A DNA stretch of 60,833 nt, filler included, from Asterionella formosa (Eukaryota): the NCBI GenBank assembly GCA_002256025.1. It is 13 parts of 13 records of this genome, joined end to end, with 100 filler letters (N's around TTAATTAATTAA, not from the genome) between each part and the next. Parts side by side here need not be neighbours in the genome. Positions count along the whole stretch, not along the records: positions 1 to 4,610 come from NKIB01013444.1; positions 4,711 to 9,319 come from NKIB01013445.1; positions 9,420 to 14,020 come from NKIB01013447.1; 10 more parts are not named here. One strand, given 5' to 3'. Below the pieces are notes generated by a model that searched no databases, was not told the DNA's origin, and saw only the letters and a program-made list of their open reading frames with translations. A program made the position numbers and the translations under genes. This document shows, piece by piece, positions 1 through 12,500 of this stretch (positions within the stretch are counted from its first letter, which is position 1; every line of letters starts with the position of its first letter).

Positions 1-3000
1 AAGACCATTACTGGTTGGCTTTCTGTCAAGAAGCGAGGCAGGGATGATTTGCAGATTGAAAAGGCCAAGAAACAAGCGGAACTTGACCGCAAACGACGCA
101 AGGCCAAAGGAAAAATGGTTGTGACAGAAACAAAGAGGAAAAGGTCACTCGAGGAATCGGAAAGTGATGATTTCATAGTTGACAGTAGTAGTTGTGGTGA
201 TGAGAGCATTAACAGCAAACAGAAGAATCGGGCGTCCACGGTATCGACAGAACCTACCAGCAGTGACGAAGACAGCACAGGCATTTTGAACGATTCCAAG
301 TATGTTGGTACAGCTCGCACTAGTAGTAAACCAGCTTTTGCTAGTCTGAGATCTAGGCGCATGATGGCTGCATCTGTATCACAAAAGAACATTATTCGCC
401 AGAAAAATACACCGAAATCAAGGAATCGTAACGTTGATATGGACGACGATGAAATTGATGAGGAAGATAGTTGTGACGACGAGGAGGAAGAAGCTGATTT
501 TGAGAGTGAAGAGGAGGAGGAAGAAGAAGCTGATTTTGAGAGTGAAGAGGAGGAGGATATAATCCTTGATGATGACAAATCTGAAGGAGAAAGGAAGAAA
601 CTTCCAGTTAGAGCGGCGAGTAAAAAGGGTTCAAAAAGGGGTTTTCACGCTTCGTCGGAAGATAGCAGCCAAGAGTCTCCCATTCAAGCTAGATCGGCTA
701 TTAAAAAGGCTTCAAAAGTGGTTGATCTCGCTTCTTCGGAGTATAGCAGCGAAGGTTCTCCCATTATAACTAGAAGGCCTGCGAGTAAAAAGACTTCCCA
801 AGTGGTTGATCTCGCTCCTTCGGAGGATAGCAGCGAAGCGTCTCCCATGCGAACTAGACCGGCAAGTAAAAAGACTTCAAAAGTGGTGGATCTCGCTCCT
901 TCAGAGGATAGCATCGACGCGTCTCCCATTCAAAATAGACCGGTGAGTAAAAAGGCTTCAAAAGTCGTGAATCTCGCTTGTTCGGGGGATAGCAGCGACG
1001 AGTCCCCCATTCGAGCATCGGCAAAAGATTTTCGAAAACTAGAATCGAACATACAAAAGCCGAAATTGAGAGCGGAGAATAAAATGCCTCATGCAACGGT
1101 TCATATCTTGTCGTCGGGAAAGGAACACGGACCGCCGCACATTCCTGCCGCTAGAAAGAAAGACCACACAAAATCGATGGCAGGATCCCTGATTACTGGC
1201 CACAACAAGAAAAATACCAAAAAAAGTCATCACTTTGGGTCAGATGACGATAATACTCCAGCGAAAGTCAAAGTAGTGGGACGTCGGTCCATCCAGGACG
1301 ATTCGGACGACGAAACTCCATTCGATTTACCCGAAGATGAGAATGAACAGATCGCACTCGCATTGGCCTTGTCAGAAAGTGCTACTGAAGTAACCGAACA
1401 AAAGAAAATTCAAGATAAATCGGACAAGAACGAAGTTCTCTTTAAAGAAATGGAAGAAGAAGATTCGGACGACGAAGGAGGCGACGTTGAAGAAGCCTTT
1501 ATCGACCGGGAGGAAGCTAAGGAGGCTTCCTATGTGCTTTCAGCTGCAAATCACTTAAGTGCTCAAGTTCTTCAGACCATGAAAGACTGGACTGGGGATG
1601 CTACGAAGGGAATTATTGTCGATGGCGCATTGGCCTTGCACACAATAGATTCTAAAAGTACACCACATTCATGGATATCGCAAGAGGAAATGCGGGAGCT
1701 TTTGCCGCAAGTTAGACTAGCCGATTATCAATTAATCGGCGTCAATTGGTTGGTATTGTTGCATGGAATGAAAGTGACATTGCAAGGATCAAAGGAAAAG
1801 ACTAACGTGAACGGCGTGTTGGCAGACGTCATGGGCTTGGGAAGTAAGTGTTATCAGACAGAGTTTAAATGGTGTGTGAAAAGTGACAACTTACTGACCA
1901 CCCCTTTTCAGAAACTGTGCAAGCAATCGCTTTTCTAGCATGGCTTCGAAAGAAGAATCGAGACATGTTGTGTCTCGATGGCGCTGATGACTTCGATGAT
2001 ACTGACGACGAGTCTGTCAACAAAGGCCATGCGCACGTCCATCGACCTCACCTCATTGTTGTCCCGTCATCAGTGCTTACCAACTGGCAAAATGAGTTCT
2101 CCAAGTTCTGTCCAGAAATGAAAGTGGTCAAGTATCATGGAAGCTTGAAGGAACGGACTGAGATCCAGCGAGAGCTCAGAAACCATCTACCTGGTGGAAC
2201 GAATCAGTACGATCACATTGATGTCATCTTGACAACTTTTTCCTATTTTAGTTCGGAGAAGGACTCTGATCGTTCATTTCTTAAGAAATTTAAGGTGGAT
2301 TATTTGATTGTGGATGAAGCACACTGTTTGAAGAATCCTAACGGGGCTCGATATCAAAATCTCGACAAATTCAAAACGTCGCACCGACTGCTGTTAACTG
2401 GAACTCCCGTGCAAAACTCCCCAGAGGAATTGATGTCGCTCCTTTGTTTTTTAATGCCCTTATTTGCAGAAGGAGCCCACAATGAGTTTGGAGATGATGA
2501 GGATTCAAGGCACGCTGGCCAAAAAATGCTGCGGCATTTTGTGGAAATGGAAGGTGGCGATGTAAAAGACGACAGTGCGGCTTACCGAAAGTTGAAGCAG
2601 CTCTTTGCTCCATTTGTTCTGCGTCGAAGAAAGGAAGATGTCCTCAGTCAGATCTTACCTCCCAAGACGAGGAGACTTGAGTCAGTGCCATTCGATGAGC
2701 CTACCAGGAAAGTCTATGACAGTATCCTCGAGGATCACGTGAAGCGACAACGCAAGAATCCCACTGATTCGTCGACTCAACAGCACTTGTTTACTCAACT
2801 GCGAAAGGCCGCGAATCACCCGTTGTTACTTCGAACACGAAACACCTCAGGGGAAGCTGTGAAACATTTGACTGACCGCTTCTTTGAGTATGGCTATTTC
2901 GGCAAGGACGATTCTTGCACTGCCAAACATGTGCAACAACAGCTAGATAAGATGAGTGACTTTGATATTCATCTTGCCGCCTTGGATCTTATAGACGAAA

Positions 3001-3656
3001 ACCCACACAGAAAGCATGAGATGGAAAGATATACATTGCAAGAAAGTGACTTATTTTCTTCTCCCAAATTTGAACGCCTTCGTGTGCTCCTACCTGAACT
3101 CGTCCATGATGGCCATCGCATCCTCATCTTTTCTCAGTGGACCAAATGCATGGACCTGCTTGGGTGCCTCATGGAATCACTGGACTTAAAATTTTTCCGG
3201 CTTGATGGGCAGACACAAATCTCTGGGCGTCAGCAAATGATAGACGAGTTCAATAAGAACCCCTCAATACCAGTCTTTCTCTTGTCGACAAGAGCAGGAG
3301 GTATGGGTATCAACTTGACCGCTGCAGATGTTTGCATCCTTCATGATTTGGACTTTAATCCTTTCAATGATTTGCAAGCGGAAGATCGCTGCCATCGTAT
3401 TGGACAGACGAAGTGTGTCACTGTCATTAAAATGATTACGATTGGAACAGTTGATGCAGACATCTACGAAATGCAGCAACGAAAGGCGAAGATGAATGCT
3501 GCTATTTTGGCAGATGGTGGAGTGGCAGAGTACTCCAAAGCGGATGAGAAAGAAATGGTGGGCAAACTATTGAACAATGCCCTTGATCGATTCCTCGTGT
3601 CTCCAGCCAACGAGGAAAACCAAAACACCGCTAGAGACTTATGTATAGGTTTGTAG
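1..3656 (+). CDS. SMARCAD1: SNF2-family chromatin-remodelling ATPase, SMARCAD1/Fun30/ETL1 type; 5' partial; exons <1..1843 and 1912..3656
   Basis: Frame is open from base 1. Removing a 68-nt GTAAGT..CAG intron (1844-1911) restores motif I, ADVMGLGKTVQ. Also DEAH, LLTGTPVQN, QLRKAANHPLL, LLSTRAGGMGINL and the Fun30-typical DFNPFNDLQAEDRCHRIGQ. Confidence 0.9.
610..1015 (+). repeat. Coding tandem repeat, about five units of 81-84 nt (27-28 aa, K-V-V-D-L-A-x-S-E-D-S-S-E-x-S-P)
   Basis: VVDL/VVNL codons start at 718, 802, 883 and 964; a more diverged first unit lies near 615-690. Confidence 0.9.
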
Positions 3657-3825
3657 ATAACGATTCCTAGTTTTGTTCGTCCCAATTGTGAGCAAAGTGA
3701 AAAATAGGGCTGTGGTGGCTTGAACTTTTGGGGATCATAACAGCAATTCTTGAATAAGATCCCTTCAGTAGCCTCACCTATTGATGTCAATAGTTGGAAG
3801 AAAAATGGCATTTGGTGGGCACAGA

Positions 3826-4046
3826 TGTAAAAGGAGCTCGCTCTACTGTAGCTAGTCGGGTAACATTCCAGATTATGTGATGATGTTGTTGTCTTAGCCC
3901 TAAAAATTATACTCCTCATTCCACTCGTTTGCTCATTATTCTGCTATATGTATAAATTCTGTCTATTTCCATTTAGACATTCCTCAGACTACATCTTGTC
4001 TTTGGACATGTTTCGACATCAATAGCCTAACAGACACATTCTGACA
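3826..4046 (-). mobile_element. LTR-like sequence (TGT...ACA, ~220 bp)
   Basis: 3940-4046 is highly similar to 47443-47544, and its last ~35 nt to 47094-47131, where the same TGTCAG terminus follows a polypurine tract. No target-site duplication is visible, so the left boundary is uncertain. Confidence 0.55.
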
Positions 4047-4111
4047 TAACCCCATAAGCAAGTATTGTTGAGCAAGGAGCAAATGAATGAGTGAGTACCT
4101 GGTACTGTAGT

Positions 4112-4610
4112 CTAGTATATATAGCAAGAGAAACATGGGTCTTGATGGATCATGCAGTTACATGGGTGTTGGATGGCAGGCCCAGGAAGTGAAGGCATTG
4201 GCTGAGGTAGTGAAAACATGCATTTTGGAGAGAGAGTGTGGGATCCAGTGGAACTTGACTCATCTGTCAGGGGCCCACACAGTGTGGTATGAGGGAGCTG
4301 GATTTGAAAGGCATCCACTGACACGTTCACGTGTGGGCGGAAGTCCCAAAGACCAAGTAGGACTGGCTTCGATAGTTTGGTGTAGGATTGGGGCATTTGT
4401 AGCTGTCCCCGCCCTGGTGGGGTGGAAGCGAATGCCTCAACGGTATTTGAGGAAATGTCCATTTTGTGGTATGGATGAACCAGAAATGGCATGGTTTGTG
4501 CACCGAACCACACATGGCAGAATTGATCACAAAAGTTTGGACATGAGGGCTGAATTTCGCCCTTGGTTTTGACCAACAACAGTTGGTGTGGCTCCTCGGA
4601 GGGAGTCATG
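4112..4610 (-). pseudogene. Highly degenerate Ty1/copia integrase fragment
   Basis: Frameshifted motifs (QMPQSYTKLS..LLGLWDF; GCL...YHTVWAPD) resemble the integrase C-terminal region of diatom copia elements; C-rich coding strand. Confidence 0.4.
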
Positions 4611-4710
4611 NNNNNNNNNNNNNNNNNNNNNNNNNNNNNNNNNNNNNNNNNNNNTTAATTAATTAANNNNNNNNNNNNNNNNNNNNNNNNNNNNNNNNNN
4701 NNNNNNNNNN
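4611..4710. other. Artificial 100-nt scaffold spacer (N44-TTAATTAATTAA-N44), first of 12
   Basis: The same six-frame-stop spacer starts at 4611, 9320, 14021, 18720, 23412, 28103, 32788, 37474, 42156, 46831, 51500 and 56168. Confidence 0.97.
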
Positions 4711-5520
4711 AGCCAATGCTTGCTCATATTCGTTAATAACAGTCACTGTAGTCGCTCGTCAACACAGTTTATTCCAGTGCAGATACAGTACCAGTACCTC
4801 TGGTACCAGGTACTGGTACCGTTTCCGGAACCTGGTACGAGGTACCGGTATGCGAATTCAGAATGGCATGAACACATCGTAACCGAGGAATCAGAAAATG
4901 CTGCAAGCATGCAAGGCGAGCAAGGCAAGAAATATGCATGATAATTTAATAACGAACATGACCCGTAATCCAGTATTATCACTGCACGCAAAAATATATA
5001 ACGGTGGTATATTCGCACCTGGTGCGGCAGGAAGAAAGACCGTAAACCGTAGAATGAAATATTATTTATTAGCCTACCGGTAACCGACGTTTGCATAATA
5101 AACGAATTTTTGTCGTCGCTGTCAGCACATGCTGCAAGTACATAAATACAACTGATATTCTTATCATGTCTCTACGTATTATCCATACATGTCGATGCAA
5201 ACCAAATCATACATATTATTACGGAAGTCGTACAAGTGAAATTTCATAAACAAGAGAAACTCGTCCTCCCCGCCTCAACATGTCTACACAATATGTATAT
5301 CTGCTTGCAACCTGAAAGAGCAATTATAGAAGGATACGTAGGCCTCCGTTTAGATTTTCTTTTGCATGTAATACTTAAGAGTAAAACATTGCGACGCATA
5401 CAAAAATTGATGCAAATTCTTTGATACATCTATATTTATATTGCCCTTCACTCATTTCCCCTCAAAAGGTATGTAACATGATTGATCTGTTGTTGTCATT
5501 CGTCATGTTTGTTGATTTTG

Positions 5521-6575
5521 CTACGTGCTTCTTGTTTGCTTTGTTGCTCTGTTGTTTGCTATGTTAGATCGTTGACATAGGTTGCCTTGCAGCCAGAACG
5601 TTGTGTCGAAATCACGAGCACAGCGGGGTGTTTTGAATTGTTTGACAAGCTTCTCAACACTGATGGGGTCAGCTTCATGTTTTGTTGTTTCAACTTCGGC
5701 GTCCATCCTGTCATGTTGTTGTTCGTCCAGATCTTTCCAAATCTTGAAGTATGCACATAGTATATATTGTCTTGCTTGCCTTGAAAAATGTCTTATCCTT
5801 TTTGTTGTTAACACTTTGTCTTTTGACATGCTCTCTCGCACCACAACCTGAAGTTCTCTTTACCATTTTTCCTCTTCAGAGAAACCCGACGGTAAGAATT
5901 CTTGTTGGAACCCCAAGAAGAATACTCGATTCCCTCTCCTGCAACTTGAACCCCTTGTTACCTCACCCTTCTCTTCCATGAAAGCTGCTTCCTTGGATGG
6001 TATCTGAATCCATTTGTGCATCCTTTGGTCATAGCCCAGATATCGTTTGCAGAAATCCCATTGGTATTGAATTGTTGCAGCTTTTTCATGTCCATCAACA
6101 TAGTATCCTTTCTTCCTTGGTGCAAAGACAGTATGTAGAGTAACTTCATTCTCTAGTAGTTGAGGTGAAGTACTGCCTACTACCACTAGCTACTGGATGA
6201 ATTTATGTGGTGACCATCATAACCCCGACTTCCACTTCTTAGTAGCCTCGTCAATCGAACACATTTGTTCTCTTCCCAGTCAGATGAATTGCCATATGTA
6301 GGAAGCTTAGGAACCGCTGATGCTGTCTTTCCTGTAATGTAAATAAATCTTTGCTTACTTTTGACCTTCGTTTGATACTCATGTCGAAATACCATCACCT
6401 TCTTGCCTGCTGTGGAAATCATGACCTTGTTTGACTCCAAAGATTGATTTGGAAAAACCTTATAGAGATACCTTATCAATCTATTAGTATTAAATGCTTG
6501 TATGTTATCACTAAAAGAGTATTTTTCGTGAAGATATTCCCTGAATTGATCGACCGGCAAGCAACCAAACACCAT
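5521..6575 (-). pseudogene. Decayed DDE transposase, IS630/Tc1/mariner-like
   Basis: Frameshifted pieces contain KKGYYVDGHEK, (L)AGEGIEYS and RIRHFSRQARQYI. 5730-5950 recurs at 48290-48515. Confidence 0.6.
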
Positions 6576-8705
6576 GAATGGCAGGGTTGCTGATGGCGGC
6601 CATAACGGATATTGCTATAACTTTTTGAATATCATGTGAAAAGTGATTCCCCAAAAGCATTTCACTCATGACTATACAAACGAATATAAAAGCCTTCGGT
6701 GAATCACTTTTGCACAGGAAACGGCGGCGATATTGAGCAACATGGTGAGCCTACTATCGAAGCAAACAAATTGGCACGATATTCCTTCCTACGGTAGGGA
6801 TAAGGATAATATTTTGTATCAGCGCTACGTGGGCTACTATAATTATTATTTTGATGCAACCAGCCTTACAATGCACAGAGAGGAGAATAAAAGAAAAAAG
6901 CGTTTAGACCGCTCATTATTGATTGACGTTATTACTCCAACACATCTTGAAAATTACAATGAATTGCATACCAGTGTGCTAGTTAAATTGGATTGCCTTC
7001 ACTGGAAATGCAAAAATAATTAGAATTGCACACCAAGGCCTAATCTTGACCATGAATTGATCAAGTTTATCTGGCAAGTGATGATCTGTTACATCATATC
7101 TGATGAAATCCAATTCAGCAGAATTTACTAGTGAAATCTGCTGAATTGATGCTATTTTTTCAGCTTTCCGGGGTTATTTCGTTCATCAGATTTGAAGCGA
7201 TACGACACATTATCTATAAAGGAACTCATACTTTTTTCCGAACGCAACATATAACTTTCCGGGTTACTACCCTCTATTATTTATACTATTCTGGTACACG
7301 GGCTACAGCCGTTTCCGCGGCGCTGCTGCTGCTTCAATCACCCTTGGCCATGGCGCTTTCCGCCCATGCTGCTCCTCCCCCTCCTGCTCCTCCTGATATT
7401 TCTATAGCTGACACTGTCTCCTTCACTACTGTTCATCTCCCGTGCAAATCCTCTCTTGAATCCTCCAAGTCTACATTTGAAACTTCTGTCGAAACTGTAA
7501 AGCCCCTATTGGGTGGTGTATTCCACTGCAATTGAATCTCTTTTACCCTGTCTCGCCCAACTGACCCTCCGACCACTACTCTCGACCCCCCTTCACACAG
7601 TCACACTCACCGCTTCGGTCCACAACAACAAAAAGCGCTCGTTCATCCCCATACTCTAAATGACATCTTCGCCAACTCCCTTGCCACTACTGCTAGACCT
7701 CTGTTATACCTTGGCATCAACCGGCCACCCCAATGCAACATCATCACTCCTCTCAGCCCTTAAAACCATTCTACCATATGTGATCTTACCTTACTCTTCA
7801 GCCCTAGTCTACATTTCATCCTGGCAATTGATTGCCAGGATCCACAATTCAAACTCAAATTCACCGAAATAGCAATACAGTTTGCTATATACTTCCTGCA
7901 TCTCTCAAGACCCTTCTCTTGCTCTCACCTTATGTCTTCATCAGGCTACCACTTTCATTGATTTGTCAACATTTTCGACTCTCCTTCAAATATTTCATTC
8001 TTCCAAAATGGCCATGTAGTTTCAATATGTCTTTCTACTTCTTGATTGGCCTTCCTCTCTGCCCTCGGTTCCTCCCTATACTGGGTGGTCTATACACACT
8101 CTAAGAACGCGCCATATGTGGTCTCCTTGACCTTGCTTGTCATCTCTACGGTTGTTTCCTACTCTGCAACCCCTAAGAGTCCCTCAATGGACTCACCCTC
8201 ACTCGTTATTCCTTTGGGGCCCATTTGGGCCCTAGTGCGACTCCACAAACTCCATTAGATTCGAGTTTCAATAAAAGCGTACTTTAAAATTTTCTTATTC
8301 TATATATAGTACTAGGAACTCATGTTTGTGGATTCGCTCTGTAGTCATGGCCACCTATTTCTGGTCAAGGATAACAATTTCAAGGAAATTCGGAGGCAAT
8401 TGAATTTCAATTTTATGTTCTTCAAGTAAAAGATGGCTAGCTAAGAAAATCTCCATTTTGACCCCTGCAGATTACCGAGGAAATTAAAATGAGATAAACC
8501 ATAGCATGAGGTATTTTCCAATCATTTACTATAGTCACTGCAGTTTCCTACACACCTGTTTCTTCAGATTTTCTAATGACAAAATCTGTTGAAAAGTATG
8601 GTTACCTAATATTGGCTTAGAATTTAAACATTTGTGTACTGAATTTTTCATTCAATTTGTTCATAGCTACATTTTGCAGAACATTTGCAAGACACACTGC
8701 AAGCA

Positions 8706-9319
8706 ACATCTAAGCCACGTATTACGTGAAGTGACCATCACATAAATAAGCCTAGTTGATTTTGAATGCATCACATGAATTAGTTGAATACATCAAAATA
8801 CGTAGTTGAATATATCTATATATTATCTGAATACATCACGTTAAATATTTGATCAAAGTATCATGCATGCATTCCTGATCATCACTATATTATGTGATCA
8901 CCTTCACATAATTATTTGAAATACTTCACATAATTATTTGAAATACTTCACATAATTATTTGAAAATACTTCACATAATTATTTGAAATACTTCACATAA
9001 TTATTTGAAATACTTCACGTAATTCTGTAATTTCGTTCACATAATTCTAGAGTAAAGTTCACATAATATGTAACATTTGTTTACGTAATTTTCTGGAGTT
9101 CATTCAACTAAATTAAAGAGTTTCATTAATGAAATAAAGCTTGCTCATTTGGAACGGCATGCGAATGCTCCTGCACTGAAAGGATTTGCTGAAATGTCAA
9201 TTGAATGTAGAGGAAGATCAGTGTGAGTTATCAGTAGCGTTGCTCATATAGCCGTCAAAATAGCGCAGTAATCTTACCAGAACAACTTCCATTCCGGACC
9301 TCATTGTCCCTGCCTGTTG
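8706..9319 (+). mobile_element. End of a non-autonomous DNA transposon with subterminal repeats
   Basis: 8706-9100 is an inverted near-copy of 19860-20202. Related pieces lie at 36290-36470 and 58911-58950. Confidence 0.7.
8902..9012 (+). repeat. 22-bp tandem repeat CTTCACATAATTATTTGAAATA, five copies
   Basis: Directly visible. The paralogous element near 19955-20005 has only two copies. Confidence 0.92.
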
Positions 9320-9582
9320 NNNNNNNNNNNNNNNNNNNNNNNNNNNNNNNNNNNNNNNNNNNNTTAATTAATTAANNNNNNNNNNNNNNNNNNNNNNNNN
9401 NNNNNNNNNNNNNNNNNNNTTTTTTATCCCAATCTTGCTAACATAAAATATAAGAAAGAATTGCAAATATCTGTCTAACTCCAAACAAATGCTGCTCAGG
9501 TTGTTGGCCATAATAATAATGAGGAGGAAATCTAAATAAACTAAATTAAATAGGCATTGGGCTTTGCAGTTAAAGGTAGAAC

Positions 9583-12500
9583 TCATGGACTTGACACATA
9601 TCCTTCTTGCTTTTTTCTGAGAGTAAGTGACTTGAACACAATCATTACAAGAGAAAGGATAGCAACAAGCCACAAGTCATGTTGACACATTGATTTACTC
9701 GCATGGTTGCCGGGTGATGATGATAGTGATTCCTTGAAAGCTGTTTTTCTCTGAGTACTCTTGTCCTTGTCAGCTTTGGCAATTATTTTTTTCATATTAA
9801 CAGACCTTTTATTATACCTGTGGGCTCTGGTTTGTTGTCCAAACAAAGAAATACCTTTAGATACCAACGAGACATTATTGACATTTGACATTTTTTCATT
9901 ACCGTCCTTGCCATTGCCTTCCTTCATATTTTTGATGACAGATCCCTTGGCAATGGGCGACACTGACTTCTTGGTATTTATTGTTGTCAGAGTCTTCGTA
10001 TTCTGGTTCGTCTGCAAAGGATCGTTTGAGACATCTGATTTTTCCAAAATAACTGGTCTTGACTTGTACTTGGAGGCCCTAGTTTGACTTCCAAACACAG
10101 AAATACCCCTCGTCACCAACGAGCTTGGGACAAAAGATATTGGTTCATCACTCCTGCCTGTTGCTTCCATTTCAAAAGGATCCTCTGATTCCTGCTTGTA
10201 GCCAAACATAACGACAGCAACGAGCATGATAACCCAAATGTCATAGTCCCAGATGGAGGAACTGTTTACTTGAGTGACGGTGGATCTCCCCTTGGAAGAC
10301 AGAGTAGCATTAGTATTCGTAGGATGAACATCAGCAGACAGAATAGCATCACTCTCCTTCTCGCGATTGGTTCCACTGTTGGTTTCATCATTCTTAACTG
10401 AATAGGCCTCATTGTTGAGATTCGTTCCCGAATCTTTCTCATTGTCCTTAACAGGAAAAGAAATACTTGTACTTGTGTTACCGTCGACATCATCAGATAA
10501 GTCATGATCTGTTTGCACATGAGTTGAAATGCTTTGGGATTCCTCTAAAATGGCAGCAATTCTCAGTTTGGAGGCGTTGATATACTCTCTAACAAGATTA
10601 TCAGGATCGACAAGGAGGGTAATATCCTCAGCAACAGACTGAGGAGGCGACTCGTTGCCGGTATCAATTGTGTCGACGACCTTGGACTCAGAAGCGACAG
10701 CCATGACCATGGCTCTGTCATCGTCCTCGTCTTCATCAGTGCTTATGGACTCTCCTAAAATGGCAGCAACTCTTTTCTTAGAGGCCTTCACATACCTTTT
10801 CGCTAGAGTGCAAGCATCCAAAGAAAAGGGCCTTTCAGCACATGTATTGGAATCTACCACGGAGATCATTTTAATAGAATCACCCGCACCGTTGGAAGCA
10901 GCTAGATTGTCAGGAACAGGAATGGAAGAAATATTAGCGATGGGATCGTTCAAGTTGATAGAAGTAGATGACTTATTGTCATCCTCCTCCTTCTCCTCGT
11001 CACTGCTTATTGATTCTCCCAAGATGGCAGAAACCCTTTTCTTGGAGGCTTTAACATATGCTTGAATAATGACGGAAGCATCATAAATGCAGGCGGTCTC
11101 ACTTTTATTTGCACCTTCAAGACCCTTCGACTCTTGGCCTGGAGAAGGTATCGACGACGCATCCTCCGCAGCAGAAGTACCAGTAAAGGTTTGGGCCACA
11201 ACATGATCGTCGCGGGGAGATAACATTGTGTAAATGAAAGGTGATTTTTTGGCGTCATTCGATTCATCATTGTCAACCGTTTCGGCGCCTCCCCGAGCAT
11301 CTTCGGAATGTTTCGCTAAAGAGAGTGTAGGTTCATAGAAAGCAAAAGTGGTTCGCTTTTTGGAAGATGTGGCATGTTCCCTGACTTGCACACTGGGAGT
11401 AGACAACGTATCAAGGCCATTATGACAACCGATGCCTNNNNNNNNNNNNNNNNNNNNNNNNNNNNNNNNNNNNNNNNNNNNNNNNNNNNNNNNNNNNNNN
11501 NNNNNNNNNNNNNNNNNNNNNNNNNNNNNNNNNNNNNNNNNNNNNNNNNNNNNNNNNNNNNNNNNNNNNNNNNNNNNNNNNNNNNNNNNNNNNNNNNNNN
11601 NNNNNNNNNNNNNNNNNNNNNNNNNNNNNNNNNNNNNNNNNNNNNNNNNNNNNNNNNNNNNNNNNNNNNGTGGACGATGTGTTTCCAATGAAAGTGGATC
11701 TTCTGACTTCAGTCGATTCAACACCAGCAGTGGCTGCAACAGCGTCACCCTTATCGTGATCTCCTTGAACATCTTTGGAATGCTCGGTGAAAATGATTGT
11801 AGGTTCATAGAACGAAAAAATTGTGCTCTTCTGGGAAGATTTTGTATATTCTCCACCTTCCTCGCTTGTACATGGAATAGCCAAAGTATTCGTGCCTTCG
11901 TGACAACCATTGCAATTGTTGACGACGGTCAGCGGCGTATCATCGGCAGCAGCAGCAGTGTCTCTAAACACTTCAGCCACAATGTTATCGTCACGTTCAT
12001 GCACAGACGTAGAAGGGGGAGGAGAAGCAGTCGATGTTTTCTCATCAATGGAAATGGCCTTTCTGACATTATTGGATTCAGCAGTTATAGCGGTTGCAAC
12101 ACTGCCACTGTCCGCGTCACCTCCATGAACATCACGCTCCACGTCATCGCCATGATCAGCTTCTGAATGCTTCGTGGACGTGCTTGAGGGTTCATAGAAT
12201 GCAAAAATGGTCGCGGTCCTCTTCGGGGAGAATATGGTGTGTTCAAGTGATTTACTGGCACTTTCACGTTCAACTAATCCAGATGTAGCAGGATCAGATA
12301 AATTGTCGTCAACTGCAGCAACTCCATCAGAAAGACCAGCAGCACATTTACCCGAATCACTAGCACCACATGATACAATATTATGTGAGTTGCCCGTCCT
12401 TCCACATTCACCAACAGCAGCAAGGGCAGCAATAGCTGCTGCAGCTGCTGCAGAAGGAGTAGAATGACTTTTCTCAACAACAGCAACCGAATCAAGAATG

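Noticed and set aside
4655..4666. TTAATTAATTAA recurring every ~4.7 kb as a biological periodic motif
   Set aside because: Always centred in N runs; it is a six-frame-stop assembly linker.
6636..6716. ~25-bp imperfect inverted repeat (GTGAAAAGTGATTC / GAATCACTTTTGCAC)
   Set aside because: Single, short, AT-rich and next to a decayed transposon; no support for function.
8902..9012. Possible CRISPR array
   Set aside because: Units are contiguous with no unique spacers; eukaryotic context; no cas genes.
11420..11910. Two separate overlapping genes or a programmed frameshift in the acidic repeat protein
   Set aside because: The frame change falls within an N gap of estimated length, and shared repeats show a single gene.
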